A stretch of DNA of 63,990 nucleotides, filler included, from Dirinaria sp. TL-2023a (Eukaryota): NCBI GenBank assembly GCA_051941275.1. It is 4 parts of 4 records of this genome, joined end to end, with 100 filler letters (N's around TTAATTAATTAA, not from the genome) between each part and the next. Parts side by side here need not be neighbours in the genome. Positions count along the whole stretch, not along the records: positions 33,408 to 49,986 come from JAVEBF010000482.1; positions 50,087 to 63,990 come from JAVEBF010000642.1; 2 more parts are not named here. The stretch is one strand, 5' to 3'. Within the stretch, counting starts at the first letter, position 1, and each line of letters opens with the position of its first letter. The position numbers were made by a program, and so were the translations under genes. Positions 46,949 to 59,339 of the stretch are shown here, piece by piece. The notes under the pieces are model-generated. The model searched no databases. It worked only from the letters and a program-made list of their open reading frames with translations, and had not been told where the DNA came from.

Positions 46949-47444
46949 TCATCCACCTCTGCCTCTGCCCCTTGCGCGACCACGTCCCGCTCCACGCCCT
47001 CGGTCTCCCCGTCCCGAATGGTCACCTCTTCCCACGCCACCGCCCCGACCACGACTTGAAGGTTGGCTTTGCTGCTGATCCTTGACCTGGTCCACTATCT
47101 CATCTGGCATGCGTAGATATTTGATCTGCCCACAATCCCATAAGCCCCAAACGATCCCCTCTACTGGGCGAGGAAACCACTCACATTGTTCCCTCGAACG
47201 TAGACTTCGGCCAAGTGAAAGAACTTGTCGCCCTCTGGGCTCGTTTGCACCACTTCTTTCAGAGTCAGGTTCATCCACGTATCGCAGTTTGTGAGATGGC
47301 CGTTGAGGGTCTCGCCGTTCTTGAGCTCGACGAGCATGGGGCTGCCCTGGGCGGCGTTGAGGAGGCCGAGAGGTAACTGAGAATGTGTATTAGTGGAGGA
47401 GGTCCTGGGAAGCGCAGATTTCGATTCGATAGTGTTCGTACCAT
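46949..47444 (-). CDS. LSM4: U6 snRNA-associated Sm-like protein LSm4 (3 exons)
   Basis: [38 protein letters not shown]...YVRGNN|IKYLR followed by an RG-rich tail. Confidence 0.96.
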
Positions 47445-47756
47445 GATCTTATCTTGCGGGGGATTTGCTAAGATGGACCTGAGGGAACAGTTGCCGTACT
47501 CGTATCTTACATCAATATGAAATCGGCGCAACAATGGCCCGAAAAGGTGCCGTCACCGCCCTTCGGTTCGCTTCAGCCCTGCGAAGGAGGCACAGCCGCA
47601 TTGACTCTTCAGGCAGCAGGAAAACCGACTCATCCCTCCTGAGTCTCTCACATCATGTGAGAGTGTGAGAGTGTGGGTGAGTGAGTGAGTGAGTAGTAAA
47701 TGAGTGCCGGCTCCATCGTTACAAGGAGTCGGTTTCGATTCTGAAGAGTCGCCACC

Positions 47757-49628
47757 ATGCGCGGCCTCACCAAGGCGGCAGCTTTGCTGTCGGTGGCCTT
47801 CGCCTCTGCTGTCGTTGTCCCGGATCCATCATCGTCCGGCGTCGAGGTTGTCAATCCGTGGCCGCTTGTCGAGTCTTGTACGTGTTGCCGAAAGAGACTC
47901 GAGGTGAGGCACAAATGCTGACGATGCTATAGATGCCTCAAAAACTGTACTTTCGTTTGATTTAGATACTTTTCGAAGAGATGATCCGTTCAGTGAACAG
48001 ACCGTATGATGCAGCGAATGCCGGAGCCTCCCGACTGATCACTGACCGAGTCCTCGTAGAACTTTACTCTTGAAATCGATTCCTCAGATGTGCCATGTGG
48101 CCAGTCCAACCTCCGCTTCCAAGGTCGCCATTTAGAAACTACCTGGGATAGCGTTACCCTCACAGGCCATGGGTTCATTCCTCGAGATGAGTCTCCTATA
48201 TCGGCCACTTGGCACGTCCTTTGTCTCGTCGACGCCGTCGAACGAGGGAGTGGTTCCTACCCCAGAGACGCCATTCAAGTCCTGAGCTTCGCTTTACAAT
48301 TGGCAAGGCAGGATAGCAAAGTCGGGTTTACCGTTTCCTACAGCCAAGTTGGCACCCCGAGGGTACTCCAATTCCGTCCTCATCCCAGTAGTCGACGATT
48401 CATTGAGTCTGAACATGGCTTCTGGCGGTCACCATCAACCTTCAAGCCCATCATCGCGACTGAAAAGGTTGAAGAGGCCAATGGCGTGCACGAAGTTGAG
48501 AATGTCGAGCAGACATATGAACACTCCACAAACAAGAAACAGAACGTCCTTATGGACCAAGTCAAAACTCTGTCGAACTATATCGGAAACAAGCTGGCAG
48601 GGCTGAAATCGGCAGCTAGCAACATGGTCCAGTCATGCCGCCATCACGTCCAAGCATTCAAGACCAAAGTCCACCAAGTCATGGTCAAGCTATGCCCATC
48701 TCAAAGCAGAATGCAGGATGTGCAATACTTCAAAAGTTCCGTGACTTTTCCCACCAACACCGCCCATACTATCTCTGCTCCCAATTCACCTATAGAAGCT
48801 GCACAGGCCGATCGGCTTTCCGACGTCATTCCACCAGCCCAAACGCGCTCTCTCCACAGCCCGACCTCCACTTCCACGTCCACCAATCCCCTATCTACTC
48901 CCTCCAGCGCCTCAATCCATTCTACCTCTTCAAGCCTCCATTCTCCCCCCACACCATTCCACTTCCTTAAACTTGTTTTTATAGCTCTAACCCTCTTCTC
49001 CCTCCTCTCCTGGATCTTCATCCGGCTAAAAGACCCTCGACGACGCGCTGACCGAGCCGCCCGTCGTGAAGAAGCCCGCAACCGGAAACTTTACCGGCGC
49101 GCCGCGTGGCGACACTGGTGGCAGACTCGAATCTGCGCAATCCGGCATCGGCATTGTCCGCGTTCAAGGGGCCTTGGCACGTCCGACACATGGGATGAGA
49201 AACGCATGAAAGTCATTCAGCAGGAACAAGTCCTCGAAGCTGTGTGTCAGGCGGATATCGCGCATCTTCGAGCCGCCACCCGGCCACGACCTATCACCAC
49301 CAACAGCATGGCAGCGGCGGAAGAAGGTCGTAACGTATTTATCTATGACAGCGACAGCGAGGTGGGCTCCGCTCGGCGACTGCGGAGTATCAGTGGCCGC
49401 AGCGTGAGCACGCTGCCGGGGTATGAGAGCGAAGGCACCCAGCCACCGGGCTACGGGACGGATGATATCAGTCCTGACAGCAGCGTCGTGAGCACGAGCC
49501 CGAGGATCAGCCGGGATGGGACAATGGGCAGCAGTGAGGAAGGGTGGGCCGTCGGGAAGGACATCGAAGCCCTGGATCTCGGCCCGGGCATCACTCGCCG
49601 GACGTATCCTGACACGAATACGAAATGA
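47757..49628 (+). CDS. Conserved fungal type I membrane protein (signal peptide, one TM, basic juxtamembrane region); introns 47878-47932, 48004-48059
   Basis: GCCACCATG start, a signal peptide, exons in frame with ORF 48090..49628, TM LVFIALTLFSLLSWIFI, then PRRRADRAARREE and DEKR..V..QE..LE motifs. Confidence 0.8.
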
Positions 49629-49698
49629 GTTCCTTGCGCACGCGCGTCTAGCGATTTTTGCAAGGTCACACCGTATTTTAAGAAGCCCGGGGAGTTTT

Positions 49699-49732
<34 letters not shown>

Positions 49733-49893
49733 GAATTTGTATGATGATGACGAATACATAAAAAAAAAGAGGGAAAATGGGAGCGAGGGGCGCAGCCAGT
49801 CAGTATTTATTCCTGGAGGGAGGCCATTTTTTTCCCTCTGGTGGGACGGAAGTAATATCTATCTACATAGTCAACTTTTCCTCTAGTTCTTTT

Positions 49894-49926
<33 letters not shown>

Positions 49927-49986
49927 AAAAGAAAGGGGAGAGGAAAGAGAAATTTCGTCCTTACCCAACAGTCATCTACTCATATC

Positions 49987-50086
49987 NNNNNNNNNNNNNN
50001 NNNNNNNNNNNNNNNNNNNNNNNNNNNNNNTTAATTAATTAANNNNNNNNNNNNNNNNNNNNNNNNNNNNNNNNNNNNNNNNNNNN
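49987..50086. other. Artificial contig-joining spacer (44N-TTAATTAATTAA-44N)
   Basis: Same 100-bp linker. Confidence 0.98.
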
Positions 50087-50618
50087 GAGAGGATTCCTGG
50101 GGGATGTCAGGGGATATATGGGGAGTGAGTCATGCTTCTTTTGGTTGGGACTGCGCGAACTTTAAATTGGGGTTTGATTGCCGAAAAATGTAGGAAGACG
50201 GGTGAGGGGCGTTAACTCTGACAATCGTTGAGGAGAATATGAGTCATTTCCCCCCGTGAGGGTTAACTGGACTTAGCTACTTTACCGTTTTTTCATATGG
50301 TCTATACTACGCTGAGAGGGATAACGAAGAAGGGACCGAAACGAAGCAATGCACCCACCGATCCCGCGAGCAAGGACTTTTTGCAAAGGTATGTGATAGT
50401 AAGGTATAGATTGAACTACCTGCCGCCCTATGACCTAATGTATAACGCCTTACCTACACAAAAAGCAAGAAAAAGGACGCAACCGAACCGAATGCTCAAA
50501 AAAAGGCAAAAAAAAGCTATACATCCCCAAGCGACCAAGTCAACCAAAGACCCAAGCTCAGTCCAGCGTGGTCAAGGTATAATTGCGGCAGCCCATAACC
50601 ACCGAACCGCCACGACCC

Positions 50619-51320
50619 TTATTGTCGCCTAGAATTATCGTCAGCAGCTAGCTCACTTCCACAACCAAAATGGAACTTACATTGGGCCCAAGTTCCCCAG
50701 AGCAGACCCATGCACTGATCATAGGCCCCCATCGCGGTCGCCCATTGAGCGGCCGCATCGCCACGTTCGGCGTAGCAATGCTCCACTTCCTGGACGCTGA
50801 TCCTGTAGTCATCAATGTCCTTCATCATATAGGTAATAAGACCCGTTTCCCAGGATCCTTTGAGGTATTCCTCATGCTTGAACTCTTTCGTGTCAAGCCG
50901 GATCTGATTCTGGACGGCGTGTTCTCGGCAGAATTCGCGGGCTACGTAGAACACATTGCCGCAGTGGGAGTCGCTGTACTTGCCTTTGGGCGACGCGTTG
51001 CAGGTCAGATTCGAGGTGATGAAGTCCGGCAGGAGGTCAGGGATCTCTATAGAATGAGATTAGTACAGGAAAAAATGGAGGGTTGGTACGGTTTGGGACG
51101 CAAATCGAGGGAGAGACGAGGAGTCAAGGGGGTTTGTGGATGAACGCTCAAACTTACTTGTGCCGATGTTGTCACGAGGCGTGATCCTGACTTTCAGGCA
51201 CTCGTGCCAGCTGTGATGCTTGGCCACTTCATGATGTTCGCGGGAGGCCGGGGCAGCAATTGCCATGTTGCCCATGAGGGCGAACAAGAAAGCGATAAGG
51301 ACTTGAAAAAGAAAATGCAT
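50619..51320 (-). CDS. Small secreted Cys-containing protein (2 exons; intron ~51048-51157)
   Basis: Signal peptide MHFLFQVLIAFLFALMGNMAIA; an A|GTAAGT...TAG|AG junction links in frame into ORF 50619..50954, which has multiple Cys. Confidence 0.75.
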
Positions 51321-52454
51321 ATCGACTGTATTAGTCTGTCACTTGTACCTTCTTTAAGTTGGGGGCAATTAGAGAATGAAGAGATGTAGTGAGCTTGAAG
51401 GAGAGTAGAGGCTGAGGATATATAGTAAGTTGGAACCTTGACAGAGAAATTGAGATTTCAGTTAAACGAGAGGCTACAGAAAGGAAACGGAGAATGTGTA
51501 TCGCCCAAGCTTATATACTGATTGCTTGAGGGATGAGGATTTCTTGATCCTTGGGTCTTCGGGGAGTAATGGGCCGTCATGCTTGGAAAATTTTTCAATA
51601 GCATTTTCGGTTTGCCACTCAACAATTGTGTTCTTTTGCAGCTATCGGCGAGCGAACAATGCCACGCGTCGCCGTGTGGCCCTGCAATTATGACTCCTCC
51701 TGCTGAATTTGATGAACCTGTGAAAGCTTAATTGGTAATTTGGACTCTTCATTTTATCCTTTTTCCCTCTAATACTTCGATCTGGGAAGACCTGTTCGCA
51801 ATGTGCATCTCGCCGCAGCGCATGGCATTAGATGATACACTCAGGATTAATAAGAGAAAGTCTAATGCGGTGATATAAGGAGACTGTTGTACGCATTTGC
51901 ATTTTGTCCATCTGTCGTAAGACCACAACATCTCTGCGTACACGCTTGCCAGTGACTGTCAAAAATAAAGACGTACACTTGACCCTTAGCCACAAGAAGG
52001 AAGTCCCAACGGCCTGAAGCGAAGCTAGATGAATGGTGAATTGGAAGGGTCATGGAAAAGCTAGAGTATCTTACAACAGTGAAGTGAAATGCTGCCATCG
52101 GTGATTGGCGAGAAGCTGTGCTTCACATGAAATTATCTTGCCCACTAGCGCGATCCCCTTTTCACGCTTCGCTACCCGGCATCGTCCCCCACGCATATAA
52201 TGCTCCGTTCCCTCAGACTCCTCTTTCCTCCTGCATCTAAGTGCAAGGGCGTTACGCGTATCAGTGAGGATTCGTCCGAGATCGCGTTTTTGCTAGTTGA
52301 AAACTATACTTATATTGACTGATCTTGCTGGTCTTCGGATCGGCAAGTAATTTTTGAAAAATGCTGTCGCAATATAACTTTTCATTGCATGCTTTGTCCT
52401 GCTGGGATGGGCTGTGGAGAAGAGTTTTTTTTTTTTTATTTGGTTTTGAGGACT

Positions 52455-52483
52455 GGATGGATGGATGGATGGATGGATAGATG
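52455..52483 (+). repeat. (GGAT)n microsatellite
   Basis: GGATGGATGGATGGATGGATGGATAGATG read directly. Confidence 0.9.
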
Positions 52484-52659
52484 GAGAGAGCACGAGTACT
52501 TGGTGCGTGGCTGGATTGGATAGATTGCTGGAATCTTTGTAGATGGTGCCTTAGATTGATAGTTGCGGATGACTACTACTGTCGAGAAATATCGTCAACC
52601 TCATATCCATTGCCGCCACTTCACGTCTCACCTCTCCTCCCACACTATCGACTTCCAGC

Positions 52660-53846
52660 ATGGCGTTAGGAACCAAGGATCACCAACCTACCGTCCTCAT
52701 CACCGGCGCGACCGGACTCCTAGGCCGGCAGGTGTTTTCCGTCTTCAGCAACGCTGGCTGGAGAACAGTAGGCACAGGCTTCTCTCGAGCGAAACCGCCA
52801 TCGATCCACAAACTCGATCTCACGGACCCATCGGCGGTCGAGAAGATACTAGAGGAAGAATCGTACGCCAAAGACCCTGTAGTAACAACAACACCCTTAC
52901 CACGATGATCTACAGTAAATAAGCTGATACCGCGGTGGCTCATCATAGGCCCAACGCCGTAGTGCACTGTACGCTTCCTCCCTCCCATATCTACCGTATA
53001 TCGCACTCCTTTACTCACACACTTCTTCCGCCCACAGGTGCGGCAGAACGCTTCCCCGATAAAGTAGCCCAAAACCCAGACGCTGCCCGCGCGCTCAACA
53101 CCAATGCCACGCAGCACCTCGCTTCCCTCTGCAAATCGCGCTCCATCCTCCTCCTCTACCTTTCCACAGACTACGTGTTCCCCGGCCGCCGCGGCGAGGC
53201 ACCCTACCACCCCTCCTCAACCCCCGACCCGCCTAACCTGTACGGCCGAACGAAACTCGACGGCGAGCGCGCCGTGCTCGAGACGACTTCCGGAACCGGG
53301 CTAGGGGTTGTGCTCAGGGTGCCGGTGCTGTACGGCGCGGTGGACGAGGCGGTGGGCAATAAAGAGAGCGCGGTGAATGTATTGCTCGACAGCATATGGG
53401 CTGCACAGGAGGAAGGGAAGGAGATCAAAATCGATGATTGGTCCGTTCGATATCCGACCAATACGGAGGATGTGGCGCGGGTGATGTGCGATGTTGTGAA
53501 GAAGTGGACCGGGATCGGGGAGCAGGAGAGGAAGGGGTTGCCACAGGTGTTGCAATTCAGCGCAAATGAGGCCATGACTAAGTATCGGATTTGTGAAGTT
53601 TTGGCGGAGATAATGGGGTTGGAGACGAAGGGTCTGGTGAGGGATCAGCCAGTGGAGGGTGACGGTGGTGGTGCAGGAGCGAGTAGGCCGTATGATACGA
53701 AGCTTGACTCGCAGGTGTTGAGAGATTTGGGCATCGAGGATCGGTATATGGGGTTTGAGGCTTGGTGGTGAGTGGTTCTGAACAGAGTATATGAATGGTT
53801 ACTGACTGGGTGCAGGAGATGGCAGGTTAAAGCTTATAGGAAGTAG
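52660..53846 (+). CDS. RmlD-like NAD(P)-binding protein (dTDP-4-dehydrorhamnose reductase / methionine adenosyltransferase II beta-like), 4 exons including a 20-nt micro-exon 52949-52968
   Basis: VLITGATGLLGR, VVHCAAERFPD, YLSTDYVFPG, YGRTK (YxxxK), LRVPVLYG and RYPTNTEDVAR. Confidence 0.92.
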
Positions 53847-54315
53847 GGGGGTTGACCAGCTTAGCTGGATGACCTCTGCGGTGCTGGATATTGAAGCGAG
53901 AGCGCATTCCAATGACTGAAATTGAAATACACCAATGAGCTACGCTTCAAGAACAGCGAATTAGACGCATTACCCTGCTAAAAAAGATGTTACTCGCTCG
54001 ACGGACACATCATTATGTTGACCGTACTGCATCAGAAAATGCAAGAGCATCGGACCATGGCGTCTAACAGCACATCAAGAGGTGTGAATATGCCTCGTCC
54101 GTCACTAAGTGTAGTGGCTAATCTTTTCCCGTCCTCCCGCCACAGATCCAATCTCTCAGGTAATGAAAACTCGAAGTTATATCACAATTTAATCACAGCG
54201 CGACAAGATACAAATTACTTCGGAACGGTGAACTACCACCACAGTCAGTTGGCAAACAGCTCGAAGACACGACGAAACCAGCCAAGCACAGCATTCGCAT
54301 GCATTCCGGATGCTC

Positions 54316-57300
54316 TCATAATTCCTCTTCATCATCCAGAAGCTCTTCCAGCAATGAGTCTCCAGGCTCTGTCTTCCCGTCCTCTTCTACCCCTGCTTCC
54401 ATTGTTTCCTCGCTTTGTACAGCTTCAGCTGCCTCGACGCCATCCTCTTCCAGCGAAGTGGGGCCTTCTGGGACACTGCCCTTGCCAGCTTTGGTACTGT
54501 CTCCTATTGCTTTACTGAGTGCAGTGTGCAGTTTGTTCAGCGCATTCCTGCCCGCTGCATCACTCGCGACCTTGCTGTCGAGTGCTTCAGTGGTAAGGTC
54601 AAGAGCAGTTTGGAGTTTCTCGGCGCTGGAATTGGGTGAGATATATATTTTGCCGAGCATGGAGGTGATGGCTTTTTTCTCTTCTTCTGCGTTCTCCTGT
54701 CAACAATTTCCCGGATGCACAGGTAACACTTGAAGACTTACTTGAGCAGCTACTGGTTAATGCTCGTTCGAGTAATGAATCGGCGAGATTGAGATGGATA
54801 TCACCATTTACTGCCTTGATCTCTTTCTTCCCAGACTCATCCCAGCTGACTTGCGTGGGGTCCTGAACAACAAGTTTACGCGCATCCGTCCAATCAACTA
54901 GCATAGTCCCTACAACGGAGATGCCAACCATCTCCTCTTCTTCGTCAAGCTCCTCGCCTAGGCTGAGTAGCGAGTGCAAGACGGCTAGCGCTACAGCAGC
55001 CATACGCTCCATGTTCTCGCGCTTGCTGTGGCAATAGACAGGAAGAAAATAGGTCAATGCTTGCCTAACAGCTGCATTTTCCTTCGTTGCAGGGTCAAAA
55101 AAGCACAAAACAGCTTGCCTGAGTAGCTCCTCGTCCGTGATCACTGATGTCAGCATAAGTTTGCACAGCGCAGTTGTAGCGGCAGACTGTACGTCTGGAT
55201 TATGCTGCGTTTTAAGGGCTTTGGCAAAGATTTTGAGAATTGATTTCTGGAGTGCTGAATCGGCGGTAGAAGTAAGTAGACAAGGATGCGTAGTTAGGAT
55301 ATCTGACAAAATATGCATGGCTGAAACTTGTAGGCTTGGGTGGCCCTTCGTAAAACAGTGGATGAAGAGGGTAAGATTTTCTTCTGCAAGAGTCTGTGTA
55401 TACCTCGTTAATAACATTTCTTCTATTGAAGCAGGAACGGGTAAGGTACCTTGTCGAGAAAACAGCAAAGGCCCAGGCAGAGTAGTCCTCGTTCTCTTAT
55501 TGGCGCCTCATGGCTCCTCACAGCTGGCACGACGAGATTGTTGAGCATGGTCACGAGGTGTACATTCTGTTGAAGACTTCCCTCTACATTCTCAAGCATG
55601 CATTGGGCGATATGCAGGCATTTCAAATTGATCATGATCTCCTTGATCGCTTTTGCTTCATCTTCTTCACCATTCTCCGATATCAAGATTTGCTTCGGCT
55701 TCTTGTTTGTAGGGGTACTTTGACTGATTTCGGAGCGCGCAGAATGAAAGCTCTCGTCCCCCTCATCGACCGTTGGCTCATCGACGGTAATGTTGTCGTG
55801 GACTTCAGCAATAGCTTCAAGGACGACGCCGCAGAATGCACGCTCGCCAGATACCTCTGTACCACAGACGTCGCGAAGAACATCGATGACCAATCGAGTG
55901 ATTTCATCTGGGAGTACTGCAATGGCCAGTGTTTCTCTAAGCAGCGCAAACGTTTTTCGTCGGCCTACTTCGTCGGAATAGTCAAGCGTCTTAGCTATAT
56001 GGAGTAGCTGTTCGACGATGAACTCTTGCTCGACTATGTCTTCCTCTTCCTCGTTTTCCTCCCTAGCATTGTTTCGATTCAAAGATTCGATGAGCTTATT
56101 GAGATACCTTTGCAGGAAGAAAGCCAATTTTGTCACCTCAGGCATTTTCTCTCCCAAAAGTGTTTCATACCTTTCATCCCCTTCTCCCCTACAGAAATCG
56201 TTAAAGCTTCGAGCCATGAAGACACTCTCAGGGGTAAGCTGATCCCAGAATGAATCGCTAAATTGGACATCGTCGCGATAATCTGGCCTGCCGCTCCAGA
56301 ATTCTTTCATCGCCTCTGAAGCAATGCCACTGTCAACAGCCGAATTGACCACGTCGATACGTTCCAGCAGCTCTAGCAAGCCATCGATGCTTGGCGGTGC
56401 TGCTTGTTTGGCGGCACCATCTTCCGTGGCTGAACGAGGTCCGGCACAATCTTCGATCCAGCGCTCACGAAATAGTCTAGCTGTAGCTTTGCGAACATTA
56501 TCATCGCGGTCACGAAGTCCCCATCTTAATAGCTTTTCTCTCATTGATAACGATAGATGCCGGAAGTCACCCAAAGCCGGAAGTAACCTTGAGTACAGCG
56601 CCCTCCTCGTGGCCGAATCGATATCGCGAGCTCGTTCCAGCAAATACGGCAGGGTTCCAGGAGTCAACGGTAAATTAAGCAATAGGGAGCGGCGTACATC
56701 GGCGCTCGGGTCATTCTGAAGAACATCGAGTAGCTTTACAAGCACCGCGCTTGACTCTTCATCCTCGCTGTCTGCACCATCCTGGCCCCCATCATCCTCG
56801 TTGCCTGCCAGTCTTCCAAGGCCCAGGACGGCCTGGACACGGATCATCGGCTCTTTATCTCTTATCCTCTTCAGGAGCCCCATCTTTAGCAGATGAAAAT
56901 ACTCATCGTCGATCGAATCCAGCGAGTTGATTATATGCGAGATCACCTGCGTAGAGCGATATCGCACCGTCTTCTCCTTCGAATTTAGCAACGGCAGCAT
57001 AATCGACAATATGTGCGCAACCAATCTACTACTTGGTGTTTCGGGAAGTGACTGAGTCTCTTCAATATCGTTCTCAGGCACGAGCGCCAAGTCTATGAAA
57101 AGTAAGTCACTCTGTGAGCCTTCTAACCATCCCCAATAACTTACCTTTCTCGGTCGCGTGCCTTAAGAATGCGCCCAAGAATCTCACTATCCTTTCCCCT
57201 ACTCCCTCGGCTTTCTTAACGCCCATCAATCTAATCACGCATCGCGCAATCTCTACATTGAAATCATCTTCTCCATAATCTTCATTCCTTTTGGTCTTCG

Positions 57301-57565
57301 TATTTGGGAGTTCATAGCAACAAGCCTCCTGTATCTTCCTCAGACCGATCACCAACTTTCGATGTCCGGCAGTAGTTCTTTGCGCGTCTGAAAAGATGGC
57401 ACATATTTGAGTTCGTAGGGAAGACGAAGGTCCTTCGTCCGGGATTGAGACTGTGGGGGAGGAAATCCGTGAGGTGGTTGAACGGCGCGAGGCGAGAGTC
57501 GGGGCAGATGATTTGTGGGACAGGTGGGAGGCGGTGGACGTACGCGTTGATACTCGTCCTGGCAT
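54316..57565 (-). CDS. YCG1: Condensin non-SMC subunit G (Ycg1/Cnd3/CAP-G), 4 exons
   Basis: IFSDAQRTTAGHRKLV, KEKTVRYRSTQ, LQNDPSADVRRSLL, LERARD, WGLRDRD and LVVPAVRSHEAPIRERGL.CLGL, with HEAT-repeat character. Confidence 0.93.
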
Positions 57566-57670
57566 CTTTACTGGGTTCCAGTCAATGGATGATGGCGACA
57601 GTAAAAAGAGTAGTGATATAGCAGCTAATCGTGGCCGAGTACGGAGTATCTGTATCTGTAAACCCAGATG

Positions 57671-57684
57671 GTAAACAAACAAAC
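57671..57684 (+). promoter_or_regulatory. Forkhead-type GTAAACAAA site in the YCG1 / cysteine synthase divergent promoter
   Basis: GTAAACAAACAAAC about 105 bp upstream of the YCG1 ATG; forkhead factors control mitotic genes in yeasts. Confidence 0.4.
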
Positions 57685-57867
57685 GCCAAGACGGCGACAC
57701 GGGCCGCAGCCGCGTTCAAGGGACCTCGGTACAAAATGCACCCTCGTACCATACGAACTCTACCTTATGGCGTCATTCAGCAGCTTTTGCAGCTTAAAGA
57801 AATCTGATCGAGAAATCTTTAATCGTCGCTGTCGCTTTCTCATAAGTTGTTCCCTCAAGTTCCAGCC

Positions 57868-59069
57868 ATGATACTTCGAGGCGTCCGTCGTCTGACCAGC
57901 AGCGCCACAAAGCTGGCCGAAGTTGCCTCTCACGCCCACTCCGCTAATCCATACGGAGTGCGGGTTGCCCAAGCTCAGCAGCACGTTGACGGCTTCGTCG
58001 GCGGCAAGTTTCCCCCCACACAATTCAGACTCGGTCCCATGCTCATGCTGACAGGATTGATTCTACGACAGCGATCGGCAATACGCCTTTAATCCGTCTG
58101 AAGCGTTTATCCGACGAGACAGGATGTGAAGTACTCGGAAAAGCCGAATTTCAAAACCCTGGCGGAAGCGTCAAAGATCGTGCTGCCCTCTCTGTAATAG
58201 AAGATGCAGAAGCTAGTGGCAGACTTCATCCCGGAGGCACTGTGATCGAAGGCACAGCGGGGAACACCGGTATCGGTCTTGCGCATGTGTGTCGCTCCAA
58301 GGGTTACAAACTGGTCATATACATGCCCGCCACGCAATCACAGGGCAAGATCGATCTCTTGAGATTGCTTGGAGCGGAAGTCTTCCCTGTGCCTGCTGTG
58401 CCGTATGAGAATCCGGAAAATTACAACCATCAAGCGAAGCGCCATGCAGAAGGCTTAGAGAATGCCGTTTGGACAGATCAGTTCGATAACATTGCGAACC
58501 GGAGAGCGCACCTGGAGGGAACGGGTCCAGAAATATGGAACCAGACAAATGGCAAACTTGATGCTTTTACTTGTGCCACGGGGACAGGAGGAACGTTGGC
58601 CGGCGTAACGCGGTATTTAAAAGACGTCTCGGACGGAAGGGTGAAATGCTTCCTGGCGGATCCCCCGGGCTCGGTGCTGCATTCCTATATCACTTCCGGT
58701 GGAAAATTGAAAGAGCGGACGGGTAGTTCGATAACAGAGGGCATAGGGCAGGGACGAGTGACGGAGAATTTGAAACCAGATATCGACCTTGTTGATGGTG
58801 CGGTGCATATCAGCGATGAGAAGAGTATCGAGATGGTGTATCGGTGCTTGGATGAGGAAGGGCTTTACCTGGGAGCAAGCAGCTGCTTGAATGTCGTAGC
58901 GGCCAAAGAAGTGGCCGAGAAGCTGGGCAGCGGTCACACTGTGGTGACCATTCTGTGTGATGGAGCTTACCGATACGCGGAACGGTTGTTCTCAAGGAAG
59001 TGGTTACAGGATAAGGGATTGCTTGGGGCAATACCGAAACATTTAGAGAGGTATATTGTACTACCATAA
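57868..59069 (+). CDS. cysB: Cysteine synthase (O-acetylserine sulfhydrylase, PLP-dependent) with mitochondrial-type presequence; GC-AG intron 58004-58071
   Basis: [24 protein letters not shown] (PLP Lys), [16 protein letters not shown] and EGIGQG. Confidence 0.95.
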
Positions 59070-59339
59070 AAGTTCATAAGTATCTACAGCGAAGCTGTTT
59101 GAAACAATTACAGTCATCGTTGACATTGAAAGCCCTTAATAGCCTACACATGAACTCAGATGCTTTTTGGGACTAAAAATCCGAGCCCAATCCGGACACT
59201 GCTTCGCCTGCAACTATGCATTCTGAGACCATTCTATTCACGGTAGAGATCGTCTAGATCAGATCCCGAATCGGGCAGGTCTTGCTGTGGAAGCAGCGTT
59301 CAATGCCATTGTACCAATCATGATTGTTGCGTGTATGTA

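Noticed and set aside
18799..59069. Functional clustering of GS, carnitine acetyltransferase and cysteine synthase as a metabolic cluster
   Set aside because: They sit on different contigs joined by artificial spacers.
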